Notes: generated by a model not told the origin, from the sequence alone. A stretch of DNA of 64,000 nucleotides from Paraphysomonas bandaiensis (GCA_965644295.1 CBFFRP010000069.1:287240-351239), one strand, 5' to 3'; positions 35,601-48,539 are shown, numbered from the stretch's first letter. Program-made: numbers and translations.

Positions 35601-38600
35601 TTTTCTCCCGCCTTTTAGCCTACAGAAATTATTAGCTCGCATTTTTTAAGTAATACGATGCATCATGAAGAGACAGAAATCGCTATAGTAGAACAACCTC
35701 TGCCTCTGCGTACTCCTTGGATTTCAAATTAGCGTAAGTTACTCTCTCCGCAACATCCACCGAGAATTCCTCATTGATGAAGTTCTCCAGCTAGATTATA
35801 CAAACAAAACAATCAAAGGATTCATTATTATATGCACAGGAGCGTACCATTTCTTGAAACCTTACTGCACTATCATAGACATCACGAGAAAGAGAATCCT
35901 TTTCTTTGTGCACGCTATTATAGGTTATAGCATTGGAAAATATCAGACGCAAGTCTTTGATGAAGTCCATATATGTAGGATACCTGGAACGCACAGTAAT
36001 AAAACACAGGGAAGTAAGTCTCTAAATTCACTTACTTATTGCGCTCCAACTTTTCACTCACAGTTCTGAAATCCATCGGGCGGCGAACATACACTGAATA
36101 ATCACACAGAGCATCCAAGTCGATAGGTCTATATACAGTACCAGTTATATTACTTCGCATTGAAAGGGAGATACATTCTTACAGTCTAAAATATTCGTAG
36201 CTTTTTTTGAATTTGCTATGTGTGAATTTCTTAAGGAGGGCCCTACATTCCTTCGGATTGTCAATCTCTGCTGTAGCAAGTATTTCCATCCGATCTTTTC
36301 GATACTGGTCCCTTAGAGAAGCTCTAATTAAACCTAACGTTGTGGGATCATGATCATTAATGTCATCCTTTACAGGCAGCATTTCGTGGGCAAGCCACCC
36401 TATATACGTAATCATGTGTCTGCTCCTTGATACTATCATGCGATAGTAACTATCTTCTTCCTCCACATTGGGTTCATTGAATGTGATCGCATTTTGAAAT
36501 ATCAATAGTAGCTGAAGATACACGGGAAGCAGATGAGAACAACGAATTCAAATCAAAGAAATGTCACCTTAGAGTAAAGGTCATCTGGGTCCAACATTCC
36601 ATTCAGACGCTCCTGAAGTAAGCTGAAATCCATAGGTTGTCTACAGTGGGAAAGACAGTCATATTCATAACACGGTTAACTCAGAATCATGGGCCATTAC
36701 TTGATAATTTCAAGATACGCCTCCGTGATATCTGGAAATAATTCTACAACCGGGCGTGTGAAGTCCACTGCAAAGACCTTGCCATTAGCCCTTTTCACAT
36801 CAATAAACTCGTGCTTCAAAATCTTCTTGATCATTTTGTCACCCTCAATTTTCCAAGCACACATTTCAGATGTTGAAATCTGACGGGCTGCTTGTACTGG
36901 CTGCTCAATGGTTTCCTCATCTTCGTCCACAAAAGGTACGTGCCTTTGCTTCCCACCCTTTCCTTTTCCACCTGCACGCTTGCCTTTGCTTATAGGAGCT
37001 GGGGACGGAGGAATAATACTGTCGAACAATTCTCCACTAAAACTCTGGTCTGTGCCACTTACTTCGTCCACATTGAGAAAGTCCACATTATTCGTAGATT
37101 CCACTTTCATTGGAGACTTGAATTTTGTAGACGCCTCACCACTACTTCGGCGCTTCTCGGACTTTTTCTTCTTGTTCTGTGTGGCCTCTATTCGAGGATC
37201 GTAAAACCTTGCACTGATGCTTTCCAAGTCTTCCGGAGATGGGGACATTATGGCCTCCAAAGATTCAGGTGGAAGTATTTCCTGAATTAAAGCTTCGTTA
37301 CCACTGGCCAGCACTTCTTTCGCAACATGCTTTAGTAAATATTTGAAGTTGCACAATGTTAAATCGGCCAAATAGCGGATATCAGCATCTACACAATTAA
37401 AAACAATAGACGATGAGACGCTGCAAGTAAACCACATCCATTTCAATTATTTTCACCTTTGTTATAAGTATATGCGTTGTCGCGAATAAGCTGTATATCA
37501 GATAGCAGTGCACCCATATTGGGGTACCGACCCCTGTTAACCTTTTTCTCAACTGAGGCTAAATCCATTGGGTTGGATATTTTCTACGCGAAGTATAATA
37601 TCATACACCTATGTGCAAAATATACGATTAATATTACCGTTGGGTAGTCCGGGTAAGCAACAGGATCTACAGCCTTATTAAACAAATAACATGTCTGAAC
37701 TCCCCTACTCCCGTCTTTGTTTATAATATAGTTTTCTTTCAGTTCTGATAGACACCAAAGATAGCGCTCTCGTATAGGAATAGCCTTAGGTTTTATTGAT
37801 GGGGGCAAAGCGGTGGGTGGAGGAGGATTATTTTCCTCAGCGGGGTGGTGTGTGGAATCTCTCTGGCGTTTCGTAGAAACCTTAGACGAGTTCACAGGGA
37901 CATGTATAGAAAAAGGAGTTGCTGCTTTATTCCGATCAGTCAGACATCTATCCAGTGCAGACACAAACGTATGATATAACTCCCACGCCATCTGAGTTAA
38001 AATATCCTACACCACAACATTTTTCAGGCGCTACATGATAATGGTGGCTAAGTCTTACCTCTTCACGTGATTTCTCTACTGGTACTTTATTGACAGCAGA
38101 ATAAAACGCTGCACAGTTCTTGGCAACCTGTTCACAGTCCGCAGCTATTTCCTGAGTAGACTTGTACTTCGCTTCTACAAGGTTGGATATAATGGTACCG
38201 TAGTCCATAGGCTTCTTCACAATACTATTATATCTATCACATACACAACGTCAGATACGTAGATGACGACTAGGTGAAAGTAATACCTTTCCATATACTT
38301 CTCGTCGGTTTGATAGAACACTGCAACTGGGTCGATAAAATGAAAAACTTTTGGAGCTCCGGAATCGCTATCCACGGACTATATAAATGTAATCATCACA
38401 ATAACTTCAAGATATAAAACAAGTACCTCTATAACTTCATCTAAAGCTTGGAGACATTCTACGAGTTCGGGTAATGGCTACCAAAATGTAAGACTCGTGT
38501 ATAATATTGCCGTACATCACATATTTTCATGTACATGCTGAGTATCATACCTGAGATACACGCAATCCAAAAGCAGTAAATAATTCTTCCTCGAACTTCA

Positions 38601-39319
38601 ATAACGCAGCTTTAGCATCTTTCCTGGCGAGAATGGGTTGTTTGTTTCCGTGACGATAATTGATAACATTGTAATAGTAGCGAAGACAGTTACCGAATAC
38701 CCTCCTCACAGATGTGGCGAACTCATCCAAGGATTTGAAGATATTATTACGCAGTTTATCTCGGATTGTAGGGAAATCAATCGGATTCGGTATACGCTTC
38801 CCATAGCGCTCCAATTTTGTGTTTACTTTACTTGCAAAACGCTTTCCAAACGGAAGATTGGTCAGAGTGTTAATTATGGCCAGACATCTATCCGTATTTA
38901 TTCCAGCGGGTGAGGACTCCAGTTTTTTAAGTAATTTATTAATCTCAGTCTTGAACAACTACAAGTAAATTAGACAAGATAAGTTTACATTACATTGATG
39001 AAAAGACCTTAAGAAGTGTAGTTGCTGCATCATATACATTGCGATATTTATTTTTATTGTATTTTATCGCATTCTCAAAACATAAAACAACATCAGCTTG
39101 AAATTTTGCAATACTAGAATATTTATCACTTTCTAATTTTTGTTTAATTGTTGCTAAATCACGTGGATTCTTAATGATTGATTTATATGCTAACCATTCT
39201 TGTTTATCAAGTACATGTTCAACAGGACATAAAAAATATTGTACATGACTTGTTTCAGACATTAAACGATTCAATATACCAATACAGAGATCTTTATGAG
39301 TGGAAGACATAGTTGCCAT
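32608..39319 (-). CDS. Multi-exon protein with six tandem bromodomains and a long low-complexity C-terminus
   Basis: Six PMD/PxD...N-A/C-x-x-Y/F helix sets: NPRDLATI..NAIKYN, NPIDFPTI..NCLRYY, KPMDYGTI..NCAAFY, NPMDLASV..NAYTYN, QPMDFSLL..NAITFN, RPMDFRTV..NAITYN; many short GT-AG introns; exon boundaries not all resolved. Confidence 0.85.
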
Positions 39320-39482
39320 GATGGAATCTAACCCCTTAAATGAATGGGTTAATATATTAATAGAATTTATTCATTGTTTTATATGATTCTACATGTATTG
39401 AATCGATAGAGAATGAACAAGTTATGGAATGATGATATGAGGGAGGTCTATGTGTATATATATGTATGTGTGTAGATAGCAT

Positions 39483-39665
39483 GTGTGTGTAGAATATATA
39501 TGTATGTATGTACGGCTCTACTATATTGCAGTATGTACTGCTCTATATGTACTGCAGCATATGTATGGAATATATATGTACGGCTCTACCATATTGCAGT
39601 ATGTACTGCTCTATATGTACTGCAGCATATGTATGGAATATATATGTACGGCTCTACCATATTGG
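39483..39665. repeat. ~63-bp tandem repeat in low-complexity upstream region
   Basis: atgtacggctctac(t/c)atattgcagtatgtactgctc repeated ~2.5 times. Confidence 0.75.
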
Positions 39666-39999
39666 AGTGTAAGCACTACATACATATGTACAGCAGTACA
39701 GTATATAGACATATACAATATAAAACTCTCGTACTTCGTATATGATACAGTGCTGTACATGTATACTGGTATAGCAGTACATGTAATTGTATGTACAAAG
39801 CAAAGAATAAAGAAAAAACACTGAATTTTTTTCTCTGTGGGGGGTTGGAAGTCTCTGGGAATAGAGTGGGCAAAGGTACTCGGTCGTAAAGTTACGGATG
39901 CTACAGATCAATAAACGGACGAAATACCCCCGTTGCCTTTTCGTACAGTCTACACAACAGCTAGCTAGTCAAAAATTGCAGTTAGGGGCGACTTATACG

Positions 40000-40906
40000 G
40001 AGCTCGTTATACCAATTCGGCCACCACGGAATGGAAGTTGGCGGCCTCCTTCCTGCCCAATTTCTGCTCTGCGCCCTGTGAGAACAATGATGATGTTGCT
40101 GGAGATGCTGCTCTGCCTGTGACCGCTGCCTCCTCCAGCACCCGGTAGGCCCTCATTGACACCACTGCCTTGTCATCTATTATGCTCACATGCATACCTA
40201 AATACGACATGTCTCCGTCACAGTATTTTATCTCACCATATTGTTTCTTTAGTTGTTTCACCAACCACTCGATGTCACCCTTGTCTTGCGATAGCACCAG
40301 CAGATCATCCACATGTAGTGTTGTAGTTGAGAACACACTGATCCACCGGGTTGGCCACGAAACCAATGCTTTCCAGGTACGCTCTTATCGTGTTGTACCA
40401 TAGCTTTGCACTCTGTACATATCCATATAACGCTTTGTCTAGGCGCACCAATATTCTGCCTCTCTCATCAACATACGGCTGAATCGTAGGGTCGAGTTTT
40501 CTCAGTATTGTGGTCAACATCGGCTCCAATTCTATTATCACTTCTTCGCCAGTCATCTCTGCGTTAAGGTAGGCACCTCCTATGTCCACTGTTGATACAT
40601 GTCTCCCCTCTCTCGCCGCTATAGCTAGGCATACAAACACTGACTGTATGTCCACAGTGGGAGTTGACGTGTCTGGGTACAGTTTCCTGTCCTGTTGCGC
40701 CCCGTTCGCAACCAACCTCGCCTTGATTTTCTCGAATCTCCCTAGTATTTGGTCTTCAGGAACATCAGCGATCGAATTGTTCGTTTGAGCTGAGTCTTTG
40801 ACAGGTCACTCCGGTGGACTGGAACTACGACCTTTTTGTCATGTAGCAGCTGCTTCAGCTCCCGTGCTATCGTCAGGGACGCCTCTTTGCCATGTTCCTT
40901 TAAACC
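40000..40906 (-). pseudogene. Copia RT fragment (third copia lineage), frameshifted
   Basis: KIKARLVANG, VDIGGAYLNA, KALYGYVQSAKLW, LHVDDLL, YLGM motifs; no LTRs seen. Confidence 0.9.
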
Positions 40907-41065
40907 TTACAAAGTGTTCCAGTCCACCGGAGTGACCTGTCAAAGACTCAGCTCAAACGAACAATTCGATCGCTGATGTTCCTGAAGACCAAATACTAGG
41001 GAGATTCGAGAAAATCAAGGCGAGGTTGGTTGCGAACGGGGCGCAACAGGACAGGAAACTGTACC
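40676..41065. repeat. Perfect 150-bp inverted duplication (40676-40825 / 40916-41065), 90-bp spacer
   Basis: 40916-41065 is the reverse complement of the copia fragment 40676-40825. Confidence 0.95.
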
Positions 41066-42968
41066 TGGCGATAGAAAATTATGCTTCTATCCTACAGCCG
41101 TACACAAAACACTGCATAAAATATAACACCATACACCTCTATGTGCCCTATGCATATCTTATACAGTCACTTCAAGTACTAAACTGAAAAGAACATCCTC
41201 TCACTCCTCTTCGGTGGGAACTTCCTCAAACTTTACACATTTTCACAGTAGATTATGCTTTATTTCCCAATATTATGGAAAAGCCTGATTTTTAAGTTCT
41301 GAAAAGTTGTTTTTTCGGAAAACTAATGCTAGATTGTGCTGTCTATAAAATATGAGCGATGTGTATACGTAAGCAATAGATACACACATGCAAATATATC
41401 GCAGTGCATATAGATAACTGTATAAGTAACAGACAATTCTATTTCTTCATTAGCATTACATTGAGTGATTGATAGCAAGAATAGTGCTAGCGGCGTCGCA
41501 CTTATAGTTCTAGTAGTGCTACATAGTAGAATACAGTAACAAGAGTGTTTATAATATTTACTTCAGATATACTACTCCCATATTTAAGTTTACTGCTAAT
41601 ATAATGAGGAACCCACTGAGGAATAGATAGACACTGGTGCAGTTGCTGTGTCTTCCGTTATTGCTGGCAAACGTACTATGGATATATATGTTTTATAATA
41701 ATGGCACCGTTAATTCTAATATTTATATCTGTAACTGATATAAAAAGTATTAAATGTTTGCGAAAACATTATTTCTTCACACCTTATTCAATACGTATAA
41801 TAGTGTATCTGGATTTAAATTTCAACTGAATTTAAATTTCATCAGGTTTTGACCATTCCACTAGGTTTGGTTATCACCACATACATCGACTTTTAGATAT
41901 CCTCTGAATACTATATCTATCATTTATTTATAATTTGTAAAATCATGGGTTACAAAATATTAGAGGGGTATATGGTGGTGGCCCAAAAAACTTATGCGAG
42001 GCCACAGTCCGGTATAACTGTTGTGCTAATGCTCAACACACCCCTGTTGGGGTGGGGTTTGCGGTCCGGAGAATATGTGTTACATGAATCAAAGGTCAAA
42101 GTGTAAGGAGTTTATAATGGCGTATAAGTAAAATATGGTAATGACATTAAATTGCTCCTCACTTGGAGCTTGGAACCACGTCGAATATCAATACCCACAA
42201 AGCTTCTTTGAGGGCTGGAGATGTGTGGTCCAGAAACACTGCCACATAATATGTATGCCAGGTTATCTTGGGCAGGGAGTTGGAAAACGCACTAAATAAT
42301 ATATAGTAAAAGTGTGCTAGTTGGAGATTGAAGGCATAGAGCCGCTCACCTAGGATTGTTAAATTTTGACAAGATTATGGATTACAACGACCTGATACAA
42401 CTCTCAAAGATTGTATAATAAATTGTATAATTATAACAATATCACTTATGACCATTTTATAAACGATCGACTTGTCTGACCATACATATTCTCATATTCT
42501 CCATCCTCCAGATGTTGAACAGACACAACTTTCAGTTATGATAACATTTCCATATGCAATGAATCTTAAACGGTTACCATGTCTTTCAGCTTTACTCAAT
42601 ATTCTTCTAACTGTAATATGCACTACAATACGTTACACCGTTCACTCCTAACGACTACTATTGTGCAATTCTCAAGAACAGGGATCCAGAGACCAATAAA
42701 ACCAATTTGTCTGTGCTAACAGTACTCTAAGAGGTTAGGAGGCGTTCTAAGAAAATGCGCCAAAGTTGTGGTAATACTCAAGTGAGCACATACATATACA
42801 TCAAGGCATTGCATAACCAGCATGGTCTGGGGTTTGTTATGATAGGCAGTAACGAAGTATTGGTGGGTGTTAACACGGATTCGATCTATAAAGTGAACTT
42901 ATAAAAGCATGCACCTAAAGGGGTATACTTACTTCAAAATAGCAAGACAAGAATAATACATATAAAAC

Positions 42969-44351
42969 CTACGCAGTCGTTGCTATTCGAATTAGTCGAC
43001 TGAAATAGATAAGAGGTAAACACCAGTACATTCGACCAAAAGTGCCTTCCCGACATGTAAATATATCACATGCGCTCCCACCATCAGAGAAGAAAACATA
43101 CAACAGTATGGTAACAGAAACAAACAATATGGCAACAGCAAAATATATCACTTGAAACACAAACACCACAACCCCAAAAAACGCAATATAAGAAGCAGTC
43201 ATGGGGAAAAGTATGTGGTCAATGCTGGCCTCTGTGATACTCAACTCACTGTCGTCGGCATTGTTAGACCCGCAAATCAGCACAGCAGGTAAAGTAAGAA
43301 GTGTCAGTGGAAAACATATTATAGTACACAGTGTTGCAGGTAGAAGAAGTAATATTCCCAAAAGTCCTGTAAGTAACAGCAGTATATACCACGGGACACG
43401 AATCAAGCAATTGCCTAAGCCAGATCGCACACACGGAAACAGCACCCACAATGCAATTTCTTCGTCTGTTGTTCCATTACCAAATTGCTGTCCAGGGCAA
43501 CCAGTGATGTTTCCGGGATCGTAGTGTTCCCCTGCTGCATCCTCTGACTGCAGCGAACGCCCACAGAGCCAACACCAATGGGCTCCACACTGCTTACAAG
43601 TCATGTGATTACATCCACCACTTTTCTCTGTGTTCACACCACATAACGGACACCTTCGAGAGACGCGCCGTATGAGGGCACGACTCTGAGCCTCGGCTTT
43701 TTGCTCAGCTGCGGTGTAGTCCTCACATCTCATAGCAGGATGAGCATTCGAGTGATAGAAACAAAACGACTTGTCGCACTTTTCACAAACAATTTCTGAA
43801 GACGGTGGGTTGCCGACACATGCATTATTGCAATAGGGACACTCACGAATATTAGAATTGCTCTTCATAAACTGAAAACGCTTAAATTTGTGATACACCT
43901 CTAATGGAACCAGGGCCATAACGTCTTGTTCATTTATGTGTCCATGACATTCAGATGCTAATGGACATGCAAATTCAATCGCTCCTTCCATAATATTTAT
44001 ATTTAAATATTCTCTTAAACTTTGTTTACAAAACATATGCTTGTTATTGCAGTTTGATAAGGGGAAATAATCTAATATGGAGTGATTTTCATGACAGATT
44101 TGACAGTAAAATACTCTGATAGGAGATACGAAACGAATTGATGATCTTAAAACTCTAAAAGGTAATAAAAAACTTAATCTTTTTGATAATGATTCATAAG
44201 AGTTTATAGGATTATGATGATGATTAGGGATATGTGCACTAGCTGGACGGTTATGTGTGATTGCTAGAGGTGTTTTGAGTGTAGGAGTACTCAAACTACG
44301 CATATTACGTCCTCTATCATCATTAAGAGGATTAGAAATCTCGTCTTGCAT
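42969..44351 (-). CDS. RBR (RING-IBR-RING) E3 ubiquitin ligase with C-terminal TM helices (RNF144/RNF19-like)
   Basis: RING1 CQIC..CNNKHMFC..CP; IBR CPYC..CEKC..FCFYH..H..C; RING2 CPLC..EKSGGCNHMTC..C..WCWLC; hydrophobic tail. Confidence 0.92.
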   Translation of the reverse strand: MQDEISNPLNDDRGRNMRSLSTPTLKTPLAITHNRPASAHIPNHHHNPINSYESLSKRLSFLLPFRVLRSSIRFVSPIRVFYCQICHENHSILDYFPLSNCNNKHMFCKQSLREYLNINIMEGAIEFACPLASECHGHINEQDVMALVPLEVYHKFKRFQFMKSNSNIRECPYCNNACVGNPPSSEIVCEKCDKSFCFYHSNAHPAMRCEDYTAAEQKAEAQSRALIRRVSRRCPLCGVNTEKSGGCNHMTCKQCGAHWCWLCGRSLQSEDAAGEHYDPGNITGCPGQQFGNGTTDEEIALWVLFPCVRSGLGNCLIRVPWYILLLLTGLLGILLLLPATLCTIICFPLTLLTLPAVLICGSNNADDSELSITEASIDHILFPMTASYIAFFGVVVFVFQVIYFAVAILFVSVTILLYVFFSDGGSACDIFTCREGTFGRMYWCLPLIYFSRLIRIATTA

Positions 44352-44417
44352 TATAATGAGTGAGAGAGTGGATTAATGAAAGAAGAAGGCGCCTCGCATC
44401 ATATCATAATAAGATCT

Positions 44418-45058
44418 TACCTACATACATACGTACATACATACATACATACATACATACATACCTACATACATACATACATACATACATGCATACATAC
44501 ATACATACATACATACATACATACATACATACATACATACATACATACATACATACATACATACATACATACATACATACATACATACATACATACATAC
44601 ATACATACATACATACATACATACATACATACATACATACATACATACATACATACATACATACATACATACATACATACATACATACATACATACATAC
44701 ATACATACATACATACAGACATACATACACATACAAACATACATACATACATACATACATACATACATACATACATACATACATACATACATACATACAT
44801 ACATACATACATACATACATACATACATACATACATACATACATACATACATACATACATACATACATACATACATACATACATACATACATACATACAT
44901 ACATACATACATACATACATACATACATACATACATACATACATACATACATACATACATACATACATACATACATACATACATACATACATACATACAT
45001 ACATACATACATACATACATACATACATACATACATACATACATACATACATACATAC
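44418..45058. repeat. (TACA)n microsatellite, ~160 units
   Basis: Directly visible. Confidence 0.99.
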
Positions 45059-46261
45059 TGTCACGCAGTTCTGGTTACTTATACTGCGTTATTAGAGTAT
45101 GATATGTTACTCTTCTGTTGTACTCTCTAACACGTACAGAGTGTTTTAGTATTTTCAGTTTTCAGTTTCATTTTCAGTTTCTACTCTCAGAGTGTTGAAG
45201 CTGTACATACATACCGGATAAAATACTTCTAATCGGGTGTGTTGTGTGTTGAAGTGAAATGCTGAACATGATGTATGTGTATGTGTGTGTTACACTGTAG
45301 AGATGTATAGCTGTGTTACTCATTCTTCTTCTATATAACGTTTTAATAACGATTCAATTAAGCTCATTCGCGGTTTGCGTTTGTGTGGAGGAGTTCTACC
45401 CGCTGGTAGACTTAACAGTGTAGCAGCCCGCTGGCGTACACTCTAAATCTGTTAAAACGTTTTTAGAGAGAGCTTTCTGTCATTCACGTGTTTCTAGTTC
45501 TCAGAAACATCACAGTAATATTACTCTGAGTAGAAGAACAGTAAACATTCATTTTGAGTTTAATTCATTTTGAGTGTTATGGAGGGAACAGATGATGGAG
45601 CTAAGGAGGAGCAGATTCCACTGTATATCCAGCAACTGTTTCAGCGTTTGGATAATATTGAACAACGTAATGAGCAGCGTGAACAACGTAATGAGCAGCG
45701 CTATCACGAGCAACAGGTGTTCAATCAGTATGTTCAACAGAGTCTCGAGGAGCTTCGAAAGAGGAGGTCACGAAAATCATCGAAGGCTGATTCGAAATCA
45801 GTACAAGGTGGTAAAAAAATCGTAGGTTACGGTTTCAGTGCTATGAATATGGAATTTGGTTCAGTGCAGCATTCTTCAAGTGTTGGTGTTGTTGTCGATT
45901 GTAGTTCTTCTATGGTTGAGTCTGTTGTGTCAGTGCAAGATGTTGATATCGGTGATGCAATTGTTGTTGTTGAGGTGGATGGTGAAACTGAGGAGTTGTC
46001 TACTGATATTGCCAGTGAGGATTCGGAACTTGCTGATGATGAGTGTTATGCTGTGCAGAATTTTGTTAATGATTTAGTCGATTCAGTTGTGCAGTATGAT
46101 GTGCAGTCTAATAAGCCACTTGAAACATTTGATTCGGTTGTTGATTTCCAAGTAGTTATTCAAGATAATGTTATTGATGCTGAGAATGATGTTCCAATTT
46201 TCTTTGGAAAAGAGACTACTGCCGATGATGCTACCGATGTATTCGAGCGCATGTCAGTCGT
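45059..46261 (+). mobile_element. 5' part of a putative LTR retroelement (LTR-like leader + coiled-coil gag-like ORF 45570-46274), truncated by the virus-like element
   Basis: Starts TGTCACGCA at the microsatellite edge; shares start, cgcggtttgc..ggagg block and ORF style with 61337-62038. Confidence 0.55.
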
Positions 46262-46493
46262 TGCCCCATTCTGAGCGCGTACTTAGGTAGATTCGGATGG
46301 GGGCCGGGTGGGTACCTAACTAATACTCGATTTAAGTCCCATATGTTATTTGCTAGCTACCTACTGAACCCAACTAGCTACATCATTATCACATGGTATT
46401 CAGCGCTGAATATGCAGTGAGACCCCGGGTGGGGTAGTGCTGAACTAAGCAATGTGTACATAGATAGAGGTGAGCAATCGCAGCAGCACTCAG
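46262..46493 (+). repeat. Left copy of 232-bp terminal direct repeat
   Basis: tgccccattctgag...gcagcactcag, ~99% identical to 59164-59394. Confidence 0.95.
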
Positions 46494-46907
46494 CAGCACC
46501 CACTAGGGGGCCGCACGCAGTAATTAGTTACGCTGTCAATATGGGGCACCCCCCATCCCCTATAAATCTACGCATATCATACACACAAAAACAAGCAACA
46601 CATAGTATATGCTGTATTCGGTATAGTGGGGAAAACACAATTCACTTATGCTTTCTACCTTTATGGACACGAAGCCCATTCAAATTCTTTGCGACAAACC
46701 CGCATATTGTACACACTAGTCTCATCTTCTCCTCCACGATATGGCACCACTAAAACTAGCACCACTAAGCTTAGCGTATTGGGTGAGAGAATGATCGAGT
46801 TCATCATCCTCGACCGACCCGTTGTTTCGCCGATGGTAGTCGGCGTTATTATATTGTTCAGAATTTACTGGATTGTATTGTGCCATTGACTATTTAATAA
46901 TTATTAT

Positions 46908-48539
46908 TTAATAAAAAATGCCAATATTACTTAATACATTTGTGGGAACCGTCCCCGATGTAGTATATATTACCGTAATTGTTTGAACAATCAACCCGCT
47001 ACTGGTCACATCCGAAACATCAACGTTCGCTAACCCACCTGCCGCTTGAATTGTATAAGACGTCGCATTAATTTTGCACGTATTGGCAAATGCCTTGTAG
47101 CTCGAAGTATCAATCAAAAGTGACACCGTAAAACTCGTGTGTGTAAACGCACCGGTGTTTACATTTGTTAGCAACAGCTCAAAATTGGTATTTGCCGCAA
47201 GATCAGAAAAGTAGACTACCGACCCGTTGTTGTAGTCATATGTCAACACATTTGATGAAAACGTATATGTGGTCGATACCGATTCCCGAATTTGTTTGGT
47301 TTGAACAGCTCCCGTGAAAACACCACCGGTTAGTCCCATTTTTGTATCAAGCTGAGATTGAATATCAGATCCCACGTTTTGTAAAAAATTAAGTTTCGTG
47401 TTGTTGACTGCACCCGTTCCAACCAAACCACAATCCAATCGATTACTCACAGTAATTGAATCATGTTTGCCAGCAACCGAAGCTTGCAACGTACTAATAT
47501 CACTGTTGATTTGGGTAAAATTAGCTTGGTCACCATCCTGTAATCCGGTCAACGTGTTGATTTGATTTTGTAACCCTGTCAAGTCACTTTGAATGGAACT
47601 ATCCACATCAACGTGTGCAAGCACATGACCGGTAAGATCGATATTAGCGGCGGCCAATTTATTAACCCCGTCAATGACATTTTGTTTTGATGTTTCGAGA
47701 TCGTTTATGTCACCCTCAATGTCGGTAATTACATTGGCCAACGTGTCGTCACGCACAACATCAAATACGAATGCCGAATCCAGTCGATGAGTATTGTCAA
47801 TTACATCGTGTTTGCTGTCGATATTAGATTGTAACACGGTGTCTTGTGTTTGGAGTGCCGTAATATCAGTTGTGTGTGTTGCCGTTGTTGTTTGGAGTGT
47901 CGCAATGTCCGATGCGTGGTTTGTGGTCAACGTTTGCAATGACCCAATCTCATTAGTATGGGTTGATATGTCGGAGACAATTCCATCAAGCTGGGTTTGT
48001 AGACTTGTTGAAATATCCACATGATCGAGTGGGGATCCTACTAAATCTACCACTCCCACGGGTAATTTATTCGTCGCATCGATGAGGTTATGTTTACCAT
48101 CAATATGAGTTTGAAGCACGGTGTCTTGTGTCTGGAGGGATGCAATATCCCCAGTATGGGTTGTAATACTTGCGGTGATCCCACCAAGTTGCGTTTGTAG
48201 ACTCGTCGAAATGTCAACATAATCGAGAGAACTACCTTGTAAATCCACCACCGAAACGGGTAATTTATTCAATCCATCGATGACGTCGTGTTTACTTGCT
48301 TGTAGCGATGTAATATCACTGTCGTTACTCGTAACTTGTGATTGAATGGATGCCAGCTGTGACGCAATTTGACTATCCGACAATCCACTTGCAGTGATGA
48401 GCTCGCCGGTCAATTTTCCACCAGATAATGGAAGGTAACTGTTCACAACCTCCACTGCTTCCAAAATATCATCGGTTGATCGATATTTGTAGTTGTATGG
48501 ATTAAATCGTTGATCTTTAATTGCAATATACTTGGCCAT
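46908..48539 (-). CDS. Fibre/spike-like virion protein with coiled-coil and ~40-aa repeats
   Basis: YLPLSGGKLTG and LTGGVFTG tail-fibre-like motifs; repeated KHxxIDxxNKL..VDISTSLQTQL; LNFLQNVGSDIQSQL; beta-rich C-terminal head. Confidence 0.7.
   Translation of the reverse strand: MAKYIAIKDQRFNPYNYKYRSTDDILEAVEVVNSYLPLSGGKLTGELITASGLSDSQIASQLASIQSQVTSNDSDITSLQASKHDVIDGLNKLPVSVVDLQGSSLDYVDISTSLQTQLGGITASITTHTGDIASLQTQDTVLQTHIDGKHNLIDATNKLPVGVVDLVGSPLDHVDISTSLQTQLDGIVSDISTHTNEIGSLQTLTTNHASDIATLQTTTATHTTDITALQTQDTVLQSNIDSKHDVIDNTHRLDSAFVFDVVRDDTLANVITDIEGDINDLETSKQNVIDGVNKLAAANIDLTGHVLAHVDVDSSIQSDLTGLQNQINTLTGLQDGDQANFTQINSDISTLQASVAGKHDSITVSNRLDCGLVGTGAVNNTKLNFLQNVGSDIQSQLDTKMGLTGGVFTGAVQTKQIRESVSTTYTFSSNVLTYDYNNGSVVYFSDLAANTNFELLLTNVNTGAFTHTSFTVSLLIDTSSYKAFANTCKINATSYTIQAAGGLANVDVSDVTSSGLIVQTITVIYTTSGTVPTNVLSNIGIFY

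Noticed and set aside
44360-45130. Long HTYI/MYVC ORFs on both strands
   Set aside because: Translation of the (TACA)n microsatellite
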